Both the position numbers and the translations under genes were made by a program. Below, piece after piece: positions 22,515 through 38,651 of a stretch of 64,000 bases of DNA; the stretch's first letter is position 1; every line of letters starts with the position of its first letter. A model generated the notes under the pieces. It worked only from the letters and a program-made list of their open reading frames with translations. It ran no database searches and was not told the DNA's origin. This stretch comes from Macrostomum hystrix (Eukaryota > Animalia > Platyhelminthes). The stretch is from assembly GCA_950097015.1 (NCBI GenBank), contig CATNEN010000039.1, forward strand, positions 806,001 through 870,000, written 5' to 3'.

Positions 22515-23995
22515 AAGCTTCTCCCTAATTCACCTAGCTTCTCCCAAATTCACCTAGCTTCTCCCAAATTCACCTAGCTTCTCCCAAATTCACCTAGCTT
22601 CTCCCTAATTCACCTAGCTTCTCCCTAATTCACATAGCTTCTCCCTAATTCACCTAGCTTCTCCCTAACTCACCTAGCTTCTCCCTAATTCACCTAGCTT
22701 CTCCCTAATTCACATAGCTTCTCCCTAATTCACCTAGCTTCTCCCTAACTCACCTAGCTTCTCCCAAATTCACCTAGCTTCTCCCAAATTCACTTAGCTT
22801 CTCCCTAATTCACATAGCTTCTCCCTAATTCACTTAGCTTCTCCCTAATTCACCTAGCTTCTCCCTAATTCACATAGCTTCTCCCTAATTCACCTAGCTT
22901 CTCCCTAATTCACTTAGCTTCTCCCTAATTCACTTAGCTTCTCCCTAATTCACCTAGCTTCTCCCTAATTCACTTAGCTTCTCCCTAATTCACATAGCTT
23001 CTCCCTAATTCACTTAGCTTCTCCCTAATTCACCTAGCTTCTCCCTAATTCACCTAGCTTCTCCCTAATTCACATAGCTTCTCCCTAATTCACCTAGCTT
23101 CTCCCTAATTCACATAGCTTCTCCCTAATTCACTTAGCTTCTCCCTAATTCACCTAGCTTCTCCCTAATTCACCTAGCTTCTCCCTAATTCACATAGCTT
23201 CTCCCTAATTCACCTAGCTTCTCCCTAATTCACTTAGCTTCTCCCTAATTCACTTAGCTTCTCCCTAATTCACCTAGCTTCTCCCTAATTCACTTAGCTT
23301 CTCCCTAATTCACATAGCTTCTCCCTAATTCACTTAGCTTCTCCCTAATTCACCTAGCTTCTCCCTAATTCACCTAGCTTCTCCCTAATTCACATAGCTT
23401 CTTCCTAATTCACATAGCTTCTCCCTAATTCACCTAGCTTCTCCCTAATTCACATAGCTTCTCCCAAATTCACCTAGCTTCTCCCTAATTCACCTAGCTT
23501 CTCCCTAATTCACTTAGCTTCTCCCTAATTCACTTAGCTTCTCCCTAATTCACCTAGCTTCTCCCTAATTCACCTAGCTTCTCCCAAATTCACTTAGCTT
23601 CTCCCTAATTCACTTAGCTTCTCCCTAATTCACTTAGCTTCTCCCTAATTCACCTAGCTTCTCCCTAATTCACATAGCTTCTCCCTAATTCACTTAGCTT
23701 TTCCCAATTCACCTAGCTTCTCCCTAATTCACATAGCTTCTCCCTAATTCACCTAGCTTCTCCCTAATTCACATAGCTTCTCCCTAATTCACCTAGCTTC
23801 TCCCTAATTCACCTAGCTTCTCCCTAATTCACATAGCTTCTCCCTAATTCACCTAGCTTCTCCCTAATTCACCTAGCTTCTCCCTAATTCACCTAGCTTC
23901 TCCCTAATTCACATAGCTTCTCCCTAATTCACCTAGCTTCTCCCTAATTCACATAGCTTCTCCCTAATTCACTTAGCTTCTCCCCATCCCACTTA
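22515..23995. repeat. Minisatellite, 20-bp unit
   Basis: ctagcttctccctaattcac repeated, about 74 copies. Confidence 0.98.
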
Positions 23996-24626
23996 GTTTC
24001 TCCTTATTCAACTTAGCTTGTTTGCTAATGTCACAGCTTGAGACAAATGAGAATAAAAATAATAAAAAGACACAAGAGCAGGCTAAGAATGCGTTAGTCC
24101 GCAGGTGTTAAGATTCTCTAAGGTGTATTTTCGACCGATGCACCGATCATTGATGGGAATTCAGTTTGCGAACCAACTGAAACAGCAAGCTGAAACAGCG
24201 GAAACACTAGTGCTCAACTCACACGGAAAAGCTATTGGGAAATAAGCTGAGGCTACAAAGCTGGGATAAATGATTTCTAGAAGGAAATTCAGAATGGGAT
24301 TCAAGATTACATGTGCTGCAAATTAGGATACCATAGGGATCAATAGTGTGCTCTACAATAGCGGTTGGATTTAGATGCGGATGCTGTCAAAAACTGACAG
24401 AATTTGGTGATAAAACTGATTTCAAAAATAGAAAATGAAGAAAATGTAATTCAAGTGTTGTCGCCTGCACTTGGCGCACTCGGGGGTCACCCAGTCAGAG
24501 GAATCATTGTCCTGATGCTCAAACTGAAAGCAGAGGGTGGGAGTTAGATTTAGCCGCCTCATTAACTGTCTCAAATAATTGCTGAGCCTGACAACTAGCG
24601 CATTATCCGTCTCTTCCCAGCACGTT

Positions 24627-25012
24627 ATCCCATTCCATCCTGCCATCCCAGTCCCACTCCATCCCGCCATCCCAGTCCCATTCCATCCTGCCATCCCAGT
24701 CCCATTCCATCCTGCCATCCCAGTCCCACTCCATCCCGCCATCCCAGTCCCATTCCATCCTGCCATCCCAGTCCCACTCCATCCCGCCATCCCAGTCCCA
24801 TTCCATCCTGCCATCCCAGTCCCATTCCATCCTGCCATCCCAGTCCCATTCCATCCTGCCATCCCAGTCCCATTCCATCCTGCCATCCCAGTCCCATTCC
24901 ATCCCGCCATCCCAGTCCCATTCCATCCCGCCATCCCAGTCCCATTCCATCCCGCCATCCCAGTCCCATTCGATCCTGCCATCCCAGTCCCATTCCATCC
25001 CGCCATCCCACT
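24627..25012. repeat. Minisatellite, 24-bp unit
   Basis: cccattccatcc(t/c)gccatcccagt repeated. Confidence 0.96.
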
Positions 25013-25080
25013 CCAATCGCATCCCATTCCCACCTGCAGAGTCTCGCAGCCAATCAGAGCCTGCAGGAGGAGCCGGCCAG

Positions 25081-25542
25081 TCAGTTCGGGCAGATGCCGA
25101 TGACGCCGCAGGCCAGGCGGCCGCCAGCATTGCCGGTGGTCTTGCTGAACTCGTGGCCGCCTCGGCCGAGGTCGTCAACGTCGGCGTGCACCACCAGGCT
25201 GCGGCCGATGATGGAGTTGGGGCCGCTTAGGCTGATGAGCTTGTCCGTGATGTCAACGGCGGCTTTGCCGGAGGCGTCGGCTTCAACATTGCCGAGATCG
25301 CCGACGTGGCGCTCGTCGTCCTCGGGAGCTCCGTGGGTGCGCTTGGCCGGGTTGAAGTGGGCGCCGGCGGAGATGCAGCCGTTGGTGTTGTCGCCGAACT
25401 CGTGCACGTGGAATCCGTGCTTGCCTGGAGCGAGGCCGTCGATGGCGCCGGAGACCCTCACAATGTCCCCGGCCTGTTCAAAGTGCACCGTGCCGGATAC
25501 TTTAGCGTCGCCTTTGAGCACGCAGACTGCTTTCAGAGACAT
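25081..25542 (-). CDS. SOD1: Cu/Zn superoxide dismutase, cytosolic, 153 aa, intronless CDS
   Basis: [11 protein letters not shown]...[24 protein letters not shown]...RHVGDLGNV...[17 protein letters not shown]...[14 protein letters not shown]. Confidence 0.97.
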   Translation of the reverse strand: MSLKAVCVLKGDAKVSGTVHFEQAGDIVRVSGAIDGLAPGKHGFHVHEFGDNTNGCISAGAHFNPAKRTHGAPEDDERHVGDLGNVEADASGKAAVDITDKLISLSGPNSIIGRSLVVHADVDDLGRGGHEFSKTTGNAGGRLACGVIGICPN

Positions 25543-25642
25543 GACAGAAGCTCGATTGATGAGGCTGAGAAGCCAAGCTGGAGAGTTTGGGCTAGTTTTG
25601 GAGCCTGCGCTCAGCAAGACAATAACAGTTAACTGCACCCGA

Positions 25643-26165
25643 CTCATCCCTGCCCTCGCCTGCCTTGTCATCCCTGCCCTCGCCTGCCTTCTCATCCCTG
25701 CCCTCGCCTGCCTTGTCATCCCTGCCCTCGCCTGCCTTCTCATCCCTGCCCTCGCCTGCCTTCTCATCCCTGCCCTCGCCTGCCTTCTCATCCCTGCCCT
25801 CGCCTGCCTTCTCATCCCTGCCCTCGCCTGCCTTGTCATCCCTGCCCTCGCCTGCCTTCTCATCCCTGCCCTCGCCTGCCTTGTCATCCCTGCCCTCGCC
25901 TGCCTTCTCATCCCTGCCCTCGCCTGCCTTCTCATCCCGGCCCTAGCCTGCCTTCTCACCCCTGCCATAGCCTTTCTTCTCACCCTTGCCATAGCCTTTC
26001 TTCTCACCCCTGCCATAGCCTTTCTTCTCACCCCTGCCATAGCCTTTCTTCTCACCCCTGCCATAGCCTTTCTTCTCACCCCTGCCATAGCCTTTCTTCT
26101 CACCCCTGCCATAGCCTGTCTTCTAACCCCTGCCATAGCCTGTCTTCTCATCCCTGACCTCGCCT
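25643..26165. repeat. Minisatellite, 24-bp unit, upstream of the SOD1 CDS (probable 5' UTR intron)
   Basis: catccctgccctcgcctgccttct grading into cacccctgccatagcctttcttct. Confidence 0.96.
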
Positions 26166-27289
26166 GTTTTTTATTCTGTCCTGCCGCATTAGCCCTTTAG
26201 TCCCTGTCTAAAAAAAGCAAATAATGAGCAAAAAGCAGCCAACACTTTCAATGAAAAGGGCTAGAAATGAAATTTAGCCTAGAAAGAAGACTGACCGATT
26301 GAATGTTAAAAATAAAATAGCAGAAAGAAGACAAAAGCCTAGAAAAGCTACTGTATTTGTGAATTAGTGAAAGTGGGAACACGATTCAAGCGCTCAGCTG
26401 ATTACCGGAGCGATTGGTGCGAAGCGGGCATAGCGAATGAGTTCAGAAAATGAAATCAAAGCAAAAACTTGTTCTCAGAAATAATTTATTTGATCAGATC
26501 TGATATGGCAGCATCTAAAAACTAACAGCTAAAGAGCGGCTTGGAGGCGCTAAGTGGCAGGATTTAGAAAGGAAACATAACGCATTGAATGAATTCTAAC
26601 AGAAGATTCTTAGAGCCAAACGGCTGCTTGGATGCGAAGCTCCTACTTTCAGTAGTCACGCTGCTATTTCCATTCAAGTTTAGAGAGCTTATTTTATTGC
26701 TTGCAGCAACCTTCACGCTCTACTGAAAGTAGGCAAGCTGTGGTGCGGAACTTTTGCGTATTGAAGAGAAAAAAATTCAGGCTAAATTTCGTAAACTGCG
26801 GCTATTGATACTGTAAGCAGTAATTCCAGCACCGGAACTATTATTATTGTTATTGTGCAAGCAAAGCCTAGCAGAACAGACTGCAATCGCAACCGGGAAG
26901 AGGTACATAGAATGGAGTAAAAAGATTCATAGTAACTATTCGCTATTTACCAAAGTTAGCCTACCTAAGCTGCTACATGGATATACATTGCCGAAAGGAT
27001 CAACTACTCGTAGAATCTGAAAATAAATATGGCTAGCATAATGGAAACGGAACAGTTTTATAATTCGGGCTGTGACTCAATGAGAACTAATCTTAAGCAG
27101 TGATAAAATAATGGAGTAACATTCCCGGCTAACAGACACACACGCCCAGTGACGAAGTGCTCAGGCTGAAGCTAAACTAAAAAACGGAGTTGCTTGAAAA
27201 AAATCAAAAGAAAGTGAACGAAAACGTAAGGGGAAAGGACATCGAGGTCTGTTCGAAAACTCGAGCTCCGGCGCATTCAATCTCGGACC

Positions 27290-30775
<3,486 letters not shown>

Positions 30776-31408
30776 TGTTGTTGAAGAGTTATTTTTCTAA
30801 GTTAATTCAATGCTGGATATCAAACCTGACAGATGTGTGGGATACTCGGTAGATCTGGAAAATTGAAGTTTTTATGACATCAGGACTGTTTTTTGTATTG
30901 TAATATTTAAATATTAAAATATCTAGAAAAAAACTTTAAAAAGTGTTACATATCTAATACTAACACTATACTCAATGTCTAGATATTATATTCTGAAATT
31001 TTTAAGATTTAAATAAATCTCTATTTAGACAAATATATTTTCAGTTAGCTATATATAGCCAGATAGCATATAATTAAACTTAAAATTTCACTATAAGAAA
31101 TGTCCCAGCCTAGCCATCACTTTTTACATATCAGTAATTTAAGTATTTCAATAATTTTCTAATAAGTCTTGACATAAAGAAACAAGAACAGTATATATTT
31201 CTAATTGAAGCAAAAAAGTTTTCAAGATGTAACATTATTTGCCTCTCAATGAAAATTTAATTCAATGATACTCAATCAAAAAACTTTGCCTTATTGTAAC
31301 AAAAATGTTACAGGAACTAGTGCCCACCTAGCCCCTATTAGGAAAAATTCTTTTTTGTAGACATGTATATGGCATGTTTTCAAAATCTCAGGTTGTTCTG
31401 GTGCACAA

Positions 31409-31940
31409 TGGCAAGGCTAGGCATGGCAAGGTAGAGGTGTGGGGCAAGGCTAGGCATGGCAAGGTAGAGGTGTGGGGCAAGGCTAAGCATGGCAAGGTAG
31501 AGGTGTGGGGCAAGGCTAGGCATGGCAAGGTAGAGGTGTGGGGCAAGGCTAGGCATGGCAAGGTAGAGGTGTGGAGCAAGGCTAGGCATGGCAAGGTAGA
31601 GGTGTGGGGCAAGGCTAAGCATGGCAAGGTAGAGGTGTGGGGCAAGGCTAAGCATGGCAAGGTAGAGGTGTGGGGCAAGGCTAGGCATGGCAAGGTAGAG
31701 GTGTGGGGCAAGGCTAAGCATGGCAAGGTAGAGGTGTGGGGCAAGGCTAGGCATGGCAAGGTAGAGGTGTGGGGCAAGGCTAGGCATGGCAAGGTAGAGG
31801 TGTGGGGCAAGGCTAAGCATGGCAAGGTAGAGGTGTGGGACAAGGCTAAGCATGGCAAGGTAGAGGTGTGGGGCAAGGCTAGGCATGGCAAGGTAAAGGT
31901 GTGGGGCAAGGCTAGGCATGGCAAGGTAGAGGTGTGGGGC
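31409..31940. repeat. Minisatellite, 33-bp unit
   Basis: ggcaaggcta(g/a)gcatggcaaggtagaggtgtgg repeated. Confidence 0.97.
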
Positions 31941-33714
31941 AGCCATAGTCCTAAACATGTAATATATGCCCATATTTACCATGCAAGGTCAGTGTGCAAT
32001 TGCTGCAGGCCAAAATATTGGAGTGCATTATCAGCATGCACTGCTTCATTAGTGCACAATCTTGGTGTTCAAAGGTAGCTCTATATATTGCATATATAAA
32101 TAATAATACATTCTTTGGCATATTATGCACTTGTTTTAGCATGCAAAGAGTTTTCTTGTTTGTAATTAAGAATTTGAAACATTTTTGACATGCACTCAGC
32201 ATAAAGCTAAGAAATACTTGCTTCGACAGTAGCTAATCAAAAGTGCTTACTATTTAAACTTGAACCCATCATTTAGAACATGGTAAGGCAGGGCTTGGCG
32301 TATGGTAATGTATCATCAACCAAACAGTGTATCTTCAAAACAGAACAATAATTTTGACTCCTTCCTTGGTCTTGCGCAAGACAGAAACAAGCTATTGTGT
32401 TTCACAGAACAACTAATTTGAAAGAAAAGAAATCAAAAAAAATATCTACAAGCTAGGCATGACGTGCACTGAAGCATTAAAAGGAAAGAAAGATATTGAC
32501 GCTTCAGTAGAAATTTTTATTGCAAAATAAATTTTTATTGCAAAAGCATACTTTTTAACAACATTTTTTCAGTATGTACTTTAGACAAAGATTGTATGTG
32601 GTTGCTTGCCAATTAAATGACCATAAATATAGTTATTTATAGAGCATGAAAAATGCTTTCAAATGACATAATTCATGATAGTTCACTCCTTAAAATAAGA
32701 TTAAATCACTCACTCAAATTGTAAAACCGAACATCAAATTCTCCATTTGGTCTGAAGATACATGAAAATCATTGTTTGGTTTTAGATGAAAAGCAGGAAT
32801 AACTTTTTTCTATTTGAAAAAATAGCAAAAGCAGATACTTCTTAGAAAGATGGAACTGTTTTCTATAACTTGGCTTTTGATTTATCATCATATCTTGAAC
32901 AGAAAATCTGTAGCTTAGGTTTGAAGATAAAGAAATACACATTCTTGTTTGGTTGATGATACATTATCATAGCACTCTTTTGAGATAAAATTTCAGAGTT
33001 CCTAGCACATATCTATATCTGTGCTATGAACTTAATACAAAACTCGACACACATTCTCCTTTATTATTTTTTTATACATTTTTGAACTTTTAATAATGGA
33101 TAATAATAAAAAACAAAGAAACAGAGTCAAGGGCCTTTGCCTGATTTATAAAGGGTACCAGAATTATTCCAAACACTTTTTGATGAGTTTCTATGGCACT
33201 AGTTACTTTCTATGGCCACTGCCTGCATAGCGCTACATAGTTGAGCAATGCTTTCCATAAGTTACCCAATGCCCCCTGACTATGTTTCAGCAGACTGCAT
33301 CCTCATTTCTCTGTTTTTCATTGTTATCCATTGTTACAAGTTTAAAATGTCAAAATAATTCAACAAACAAAAGGGAATGTATGCCAAATTCCAATAGGCC
33401 TAGGGTGCCTAGCTAGCTATAGTAAAAATTTACTACAGCAGTAATGGTTATTGTAAGTTATTCGAAGATTCTTTAGTTATGGATATGGGTACGGATATGG
33501 AGAAGATAGACCAATGAAATTTTTTTGACTTTGAAATGCAGTCACATATACAATTCAGATACTGTAGAATTTAGGTTAAGGAACTTAAGGTGGAACTGTA
33601 AAGTTGACATAAAAATAGGTGTGCATATGGTTGTAATATTTCAATATAGAAAAGCTTAAAATTCACTAATTGGATACAATATATATAGCTAGAAACTAAT
33701 GCACCACATCGCCC

Positions 33715-34202
33715 GGTCCCAGGTCATTTCGGTGACAAGACATTTCGGTGACAGTCATTTTGGTGACAGAATTGGTCTGTTCGGTGACAACTATCTTTGC
33801 ACCTAAATATGCTGAGAAAACAGCCTTCCACGATCCAGCAGCTGCACTCGCCTTGTCAATCCAAAACTTGAAAAATGATTATTAGGCCTAGGCCTATACA
33901 CATTTAATTAGGAACGAATAACTATTGAAACTATTGACTACTTATTAAATAATTTAATAATTTAACTCATTTAAAGTAAAACCCAGACTTAATCAGAGCG
34001 ATGCAGCTTCTTATTAATGCTTATAGCATTATTTAATTAATACTTTATAAGTGTGCATAGTTAAAATGGAAGGCTGTTTTTTAGCAAATTTAGGTGCAAA
34101 AATAGTTGTCACCAATCTGACTAATTGTGTCACTGAAATGACTTGAGTTGTCACCGAAATGACTGTCACCGAAATGTCTTGTCACCGAAATGACCTGGGA
34201 CC
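33715..34202. mobile_element. Non-autonomous DNA transposon (MITE) with ~115-bp TIRs and 8-bp TSD; MULE- or Merlin-like
   Basis: ggtcccaggtcatttcggtgaca... / ...tgtcaccgaaatgacctgggacc. TSD catcgccc at 33707-33714 and 34203-34210. Confidence 0.9.
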
Positions 34203-35959
34203 CATCGCCCCATAGAAGCAAAGCAAGTAAGCTTGTTTTGTCTGTCTCAGTCTGACAAAAACAATTCGATTTAAATGGGAAATGAAGAACGGGACTGGTC
34301 AAAAGGGTGTTGACAATAGCTCTAAATCGGTGCCATAAATTTAGGACGCTCAAACAAACAAATTACTGACATCAAAGCTATTTAAAAAGTTTCAAGTAAA
34401 TAAATCAAAGACCTTTCCGTCAAACGTATGTTGATCCTTTAAACGTAAAAAATTTTTTTTTAAGTTTACCGAAAATTACTGTAGTTTACCGAAATTCGTA
34501 AGTCAAAGATGTGAATCGCAACGCAGACAACAGAAAACTATAAATATTCTAAAATGCGAACCAGCGTGGAAAGAAAATCAGCTAAAATGCATGTTACACT
34601 GTCTAACTTTAAATGTTTTACACGTTCGCGAACTGAATCATTAAAATTTTTCAGAATTAAATAACTATCTGCATGCCCAGACATTAGAGGTGGCCAAAAA
34701 TACATTTACGACATATAGAGGTGCAAATTAATGTATGTCAGAAATATAGCTTATAGCCTGCCTTTTACTTGGAGCCGCCGCTGCCGCAGGAAAGTTGACA
34801 CTGAAATACAGCTCACTATAGCTCCTTACTGTCAAAATCGGTCTGCACGGATGAAAACTTGAAAGGCACGAGCTTATAGCACACGCGGCTATTTATTTAC
34901 CCGGAAAGCAAAGAGCACCTGCATGTCGATAAAAGTGTACATACTAAACAGGACATTCGTCCACTGCAGAGCTCTGAAAGTTGAGCTTTAAGCACAACGT
35001 GCAGGCGAGCATTCAACATGGCTTTTTTATCTTATTCCACGGCTATATTGCTACCTGTATTGATCAGAGCTAGGTTCAAAACTGATCTGATTCCAGGCCT
35101 CGAAATTTTGAAGGATTCAAACCACGATTGCCAAGTTGTGAAACACGATGTACAGGACGGCAGTGACTGTGTGTACAGTGGAATCTGGATTCACTAAACT
35201 TAGCGATGAAAACAAGAATAAAATCAACAGTTTTTTGCTCATTTTCTATTTGAAGAAAAGCACGACATTATGGCCCATTGTTACTAAGGTAATCCGATTT
35301 TTTTACTTTAATATTATACTTTGAGAACAACTGCTCCTTAAGTCGACTAAAGTGATGAGTCTGGTGAAAACAGCTCATTGGGCTGATTTCAGAGTTGAAT
35401 AGGTTCCCCTGTGTATGAATAATTAATTATAAGTTTGCGTGTATAAATTCATTATAAGATGCTCTGATTAGCAGACCAGACAGCGCATGAAATGATTCTG
35501 AAACTATTAAGTTCGTTAAGGTAGCAACACTGAGACAGCGCGACTGCTAAAAAGTTAGCGATAATCGTGGAACCGGCAGAACTTATGATTATTCGAGTGT
35601 ACTCGTAATTACATTGGGACAGAAGAGTGTACCATATTTTCCGTTTCGGGCGCGCACGGGCCAAGGTCTATTGCGCCGGGCTTTCAGATGACGCCTGCCT
35701 TCCCTAGTAGTGCCAGAACGTTTAGTCCGCGAAGACCACTGCGTGCTCCGGGCACGTGAACCAGAGGCGGCAGCGGTCAGGGCGGGGCAGGCAAGCAGCA
35801 TATTGGCCGCGGACAAGTTGCCCAGTTGTACAGAAACGGACGGCACGTTGACGCCTGTAAGCCTCGAGCGCGGTCGGGGCGTGCTTGAAGCTCTTAGCTT
35901 TCCGAGCTCACACTGCAGTAAATTAGTTTTCCATTCGTGTGCACACTAGAAGTGCATGC

Positions 35960-36130
35960 TGGTGCTCTTTGATTTTCGGATCATGTACTCTGAGCTGGAT
36001 AGGCCTGCAAGACGGCTATCGACCATCTTAGGTGCGCGCATCGTCACCGGATGCTCGCGCAACACCAAGGCGGAAGTTCTGGAGCGTGAGGCCGGGCTGC
36101 GCCCGAAGAGGCACGCCGGTCAGCAACGCC
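35960..36130 (+). pseudogene. Possible non-LTR retrotransposon (LINE) RT C-terminal fragment
   Basis: GARIVTGCSRNTKAEVLEREAGL resembles the post-RT R-x-ITG-x4-T-x4-L-x2-EAGL motif of LINE ORF2. Confidence 0.4.
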
Positions 36131-37109
36131 TGACAGCAACGCAAGATACTCAACTCCCCAGTGGTTCAGTTCACCCAGCTGTAAAATGGCCAGCAGCTTC
36201 AGCCACAGAACTTGAATACACAAATACAATGAATATACTCGTAGTATTATAGTATTGTGGCATCAGCTAAGCTTGCAATTTGGGTGTTTGTGGCGTCCCT
36301 CCAGTCCATGGACTGAACAGCTGTACACGGCCTGAAGCGCCACACAAAAGCGATGTACACGCAACTGCGTGAAATTGCGAGCCGTATTGTCATCATAAAC
36401 CACAATTCAAAACTTTATCTGGCTTTTCTAATTCTGATCAGATGTTATTCCTAGATGGCAGGAAATCAGAGTCAATCAAAAGCTATTACAAGAGACTTAT
36501 TGAAATAGACACATTGAGAATACTCACAAAACATCAGGAAATGCTCTCTGTATTTTTAGCCCCATAGCAAATTACTTTCACTTCAATGAAGACCCAAGGG
36601 TGCTTTGACTTGGTTTGCAATAAGCTTCGACTGTATGCAAAGTGACGTCTGTGAAAACATAAATTGTCAAGCATAAAAATTCCAGCTGCCTGTTGCAGCG
36701 CCTGGCCTTCCAAAATGGCGAAATGAACACAAAGCCGGCCAATGCCTGGCAGAGCGAGCAGTTTAAATTGGAATCGCAAAAAGCCAGCGGCAGTCCAAGC
36801 AGAGCACGATCAGCAATGTCCAAGTATTGGACACAGAAAGCCTTTAGCAAAAACAATAGGAATAATACAAAAGGTAAAAATACCAACCACCACAGAGGAA
36901 GCCAAGCCAACCAGTTTATGTACAAAGCTTGCTGGCCTCAGTTTTTATAAAAAATGTATAATGGGAAAATTATGAAATTGATTTTTAAAGCAAACTCAAT
37001 CGGAAAAATCTGTGTCATAATTGCAGAGGGAAAAGTAAAAATTCAGCGGCATGCCAGATAATGATCTGTAAATCTTGAGGGGACGCCTCAGCGGAAAACC
37101 CGGGATTAC

Positions 37110-38552
37110 CCGAAGGGAAATCTGAGTGGGAAACACGAAGGGGAAATCTCTGTAGGGAAACACGAAGGGGAAATCTCTGTAGGGAAACACGAAGGGAAAT
37201 CTCTGTAGGGAAACACGAAGGGAAATCTCTGTAGGGAAACACGAAGGGAAATCTCTGTAGGGAAACACGAAGGGGAAATCTCTGTAGGGAAACACGAAGG
37301 GGAAATCTCTGTAGGGAAACCGAAGGGAAATCTCTGTAGGGAAACCGAAGGGCAAATCTCTGTAGGGAAACCGAAAGGGAAATCTCTGTAGGGAAACACG
37401 AAGGGGAAATCTCTGTAGGGAAACACGAAGGGGAAATCTCTGTAGGGAAACCGAAGGGCAAATCTCTGTAGGGCAACCGAAGAGGAAATCTCTGTAGGGA
37501 AAAACGAAGGGAAATCTCTGTAGGGAAACACGAAGGGAAATCTCTGTAGGGAAACCGAAGGGCAAATCTCTGTAGGGAAACCGAAGGGCAAATCTCTGTA
37601 GGGAAACACGAAGGGGAAATCTCTGTAGGGAAACACGAAGGGGAAATCTCTGTAGGGAAACACGAAGGGAAATCTCTGTAGGGAAACCGAAGGGCAAATC
37701 TCTGTAGGGAAACCGAAAGGGAAATCTCTGTAGGGAAACACGAAGGGGAAATCTCTGTAGGGAAACCGAAAGGCAAATCTCTGTAGGGAAACACGAAGGG
37801 GAAATCTCTGTAGGGAAACCGAAAGGGAAATCTCTGTAGGGAAACACGAAGGGGAAATGTCTGTAGGGAAACACGAAGGGGAAATCTCTGTAGGGAAACA
37901 CGAAGGGGAAATCTCTGTAGGGAAACCGAAGGGCAAATCTCTGTAGGGAAACCGAAGAGGAAATCTCTGTAGGGAAAAACGAAGGGAAATCTCTGTAGGG
38001 AAAAACGAAGGGAAATCTCTGTAGGGAAACACGAAGGGAAATCTCTGTAGGGAAACACGAAGGGAAATCTCTGTAGGGAAACCGAAGGGCAAATCTCTGT
38101 AGGGAAACCGAAAGGGAAATCTCTGTAGGGAAACACGAAGGGGAAATCTCTGTAGGGAAACACGAAGGGGAAATCTCTGTAGGGAAACCGAAGGGCAAAT
38201 CTCTGTAGGGCAACCGAAGAGGAAATCTCTGTAGGGAAAAACGAAGGGAAATCTCTGTAGGGAAACACGAAGGGGAAATCTCTGTAGGGAAACCGAAAGG
38301 CAAATCTCTGTAGGGAAACACGAAGGGGAAATCTCTGTAGGGAAACCGAAAGGGAAATCTCTGTAGGGAAACACGAAGGGGAAATGTCTGTAGGGAAACA
38401 CGAAGGGGAAATCTCTGTAGGGAAACACGAAGGGGAAATCTCTGTAGGGAAACCGAAAGGGAAATCTCTGTAGGGAAACACGAAGGGGAAATCTCTGTAG
38501 GGAAACCGAAAGGGAAATCTCTGTAGGGAAACACGAAGGGAAATCTCTGTGG
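37110..38552. repeat. Minisatellite, 26-27-bp unit
   Basis: aaatctctgtagggaaac(a)cgaaggg(g) repeated. Confidence 0.98.
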
Positions 38553-38651
38553 GAAAGCCAAGATAAAATACAATGGATTGACCGAAAAGGGGGTTTTTCC
38601 AGTCAATCCAAAGGATGTCTGAAGTGGGAGCGGGAATCTCGGCATGGGTTG

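Noticed and set aside
20590-23995. Regular repeats resembling CRISPR arrays (also 11808-13255, 37110-38552, 47188-48950)
   Set aside because: Units are head-to-tail with no unique spacers, there are no cas genes, and the context is eukaryotic.
25543-26151. Repetitive N-terminal extension on SOD1 (356-aa ORF)
   Set aside because: It is read-through of a 24-bp array. A splice acceptor at 25565 and the canonical MSLKAVCVL start indicate a 153-aa protein.
36578-36925. Hydrophobic 115-aa minus-strand ORF
   Set aside because: TTG start, T-rich composition, no motif or clear splice sites. Probably UTR or intergenic.
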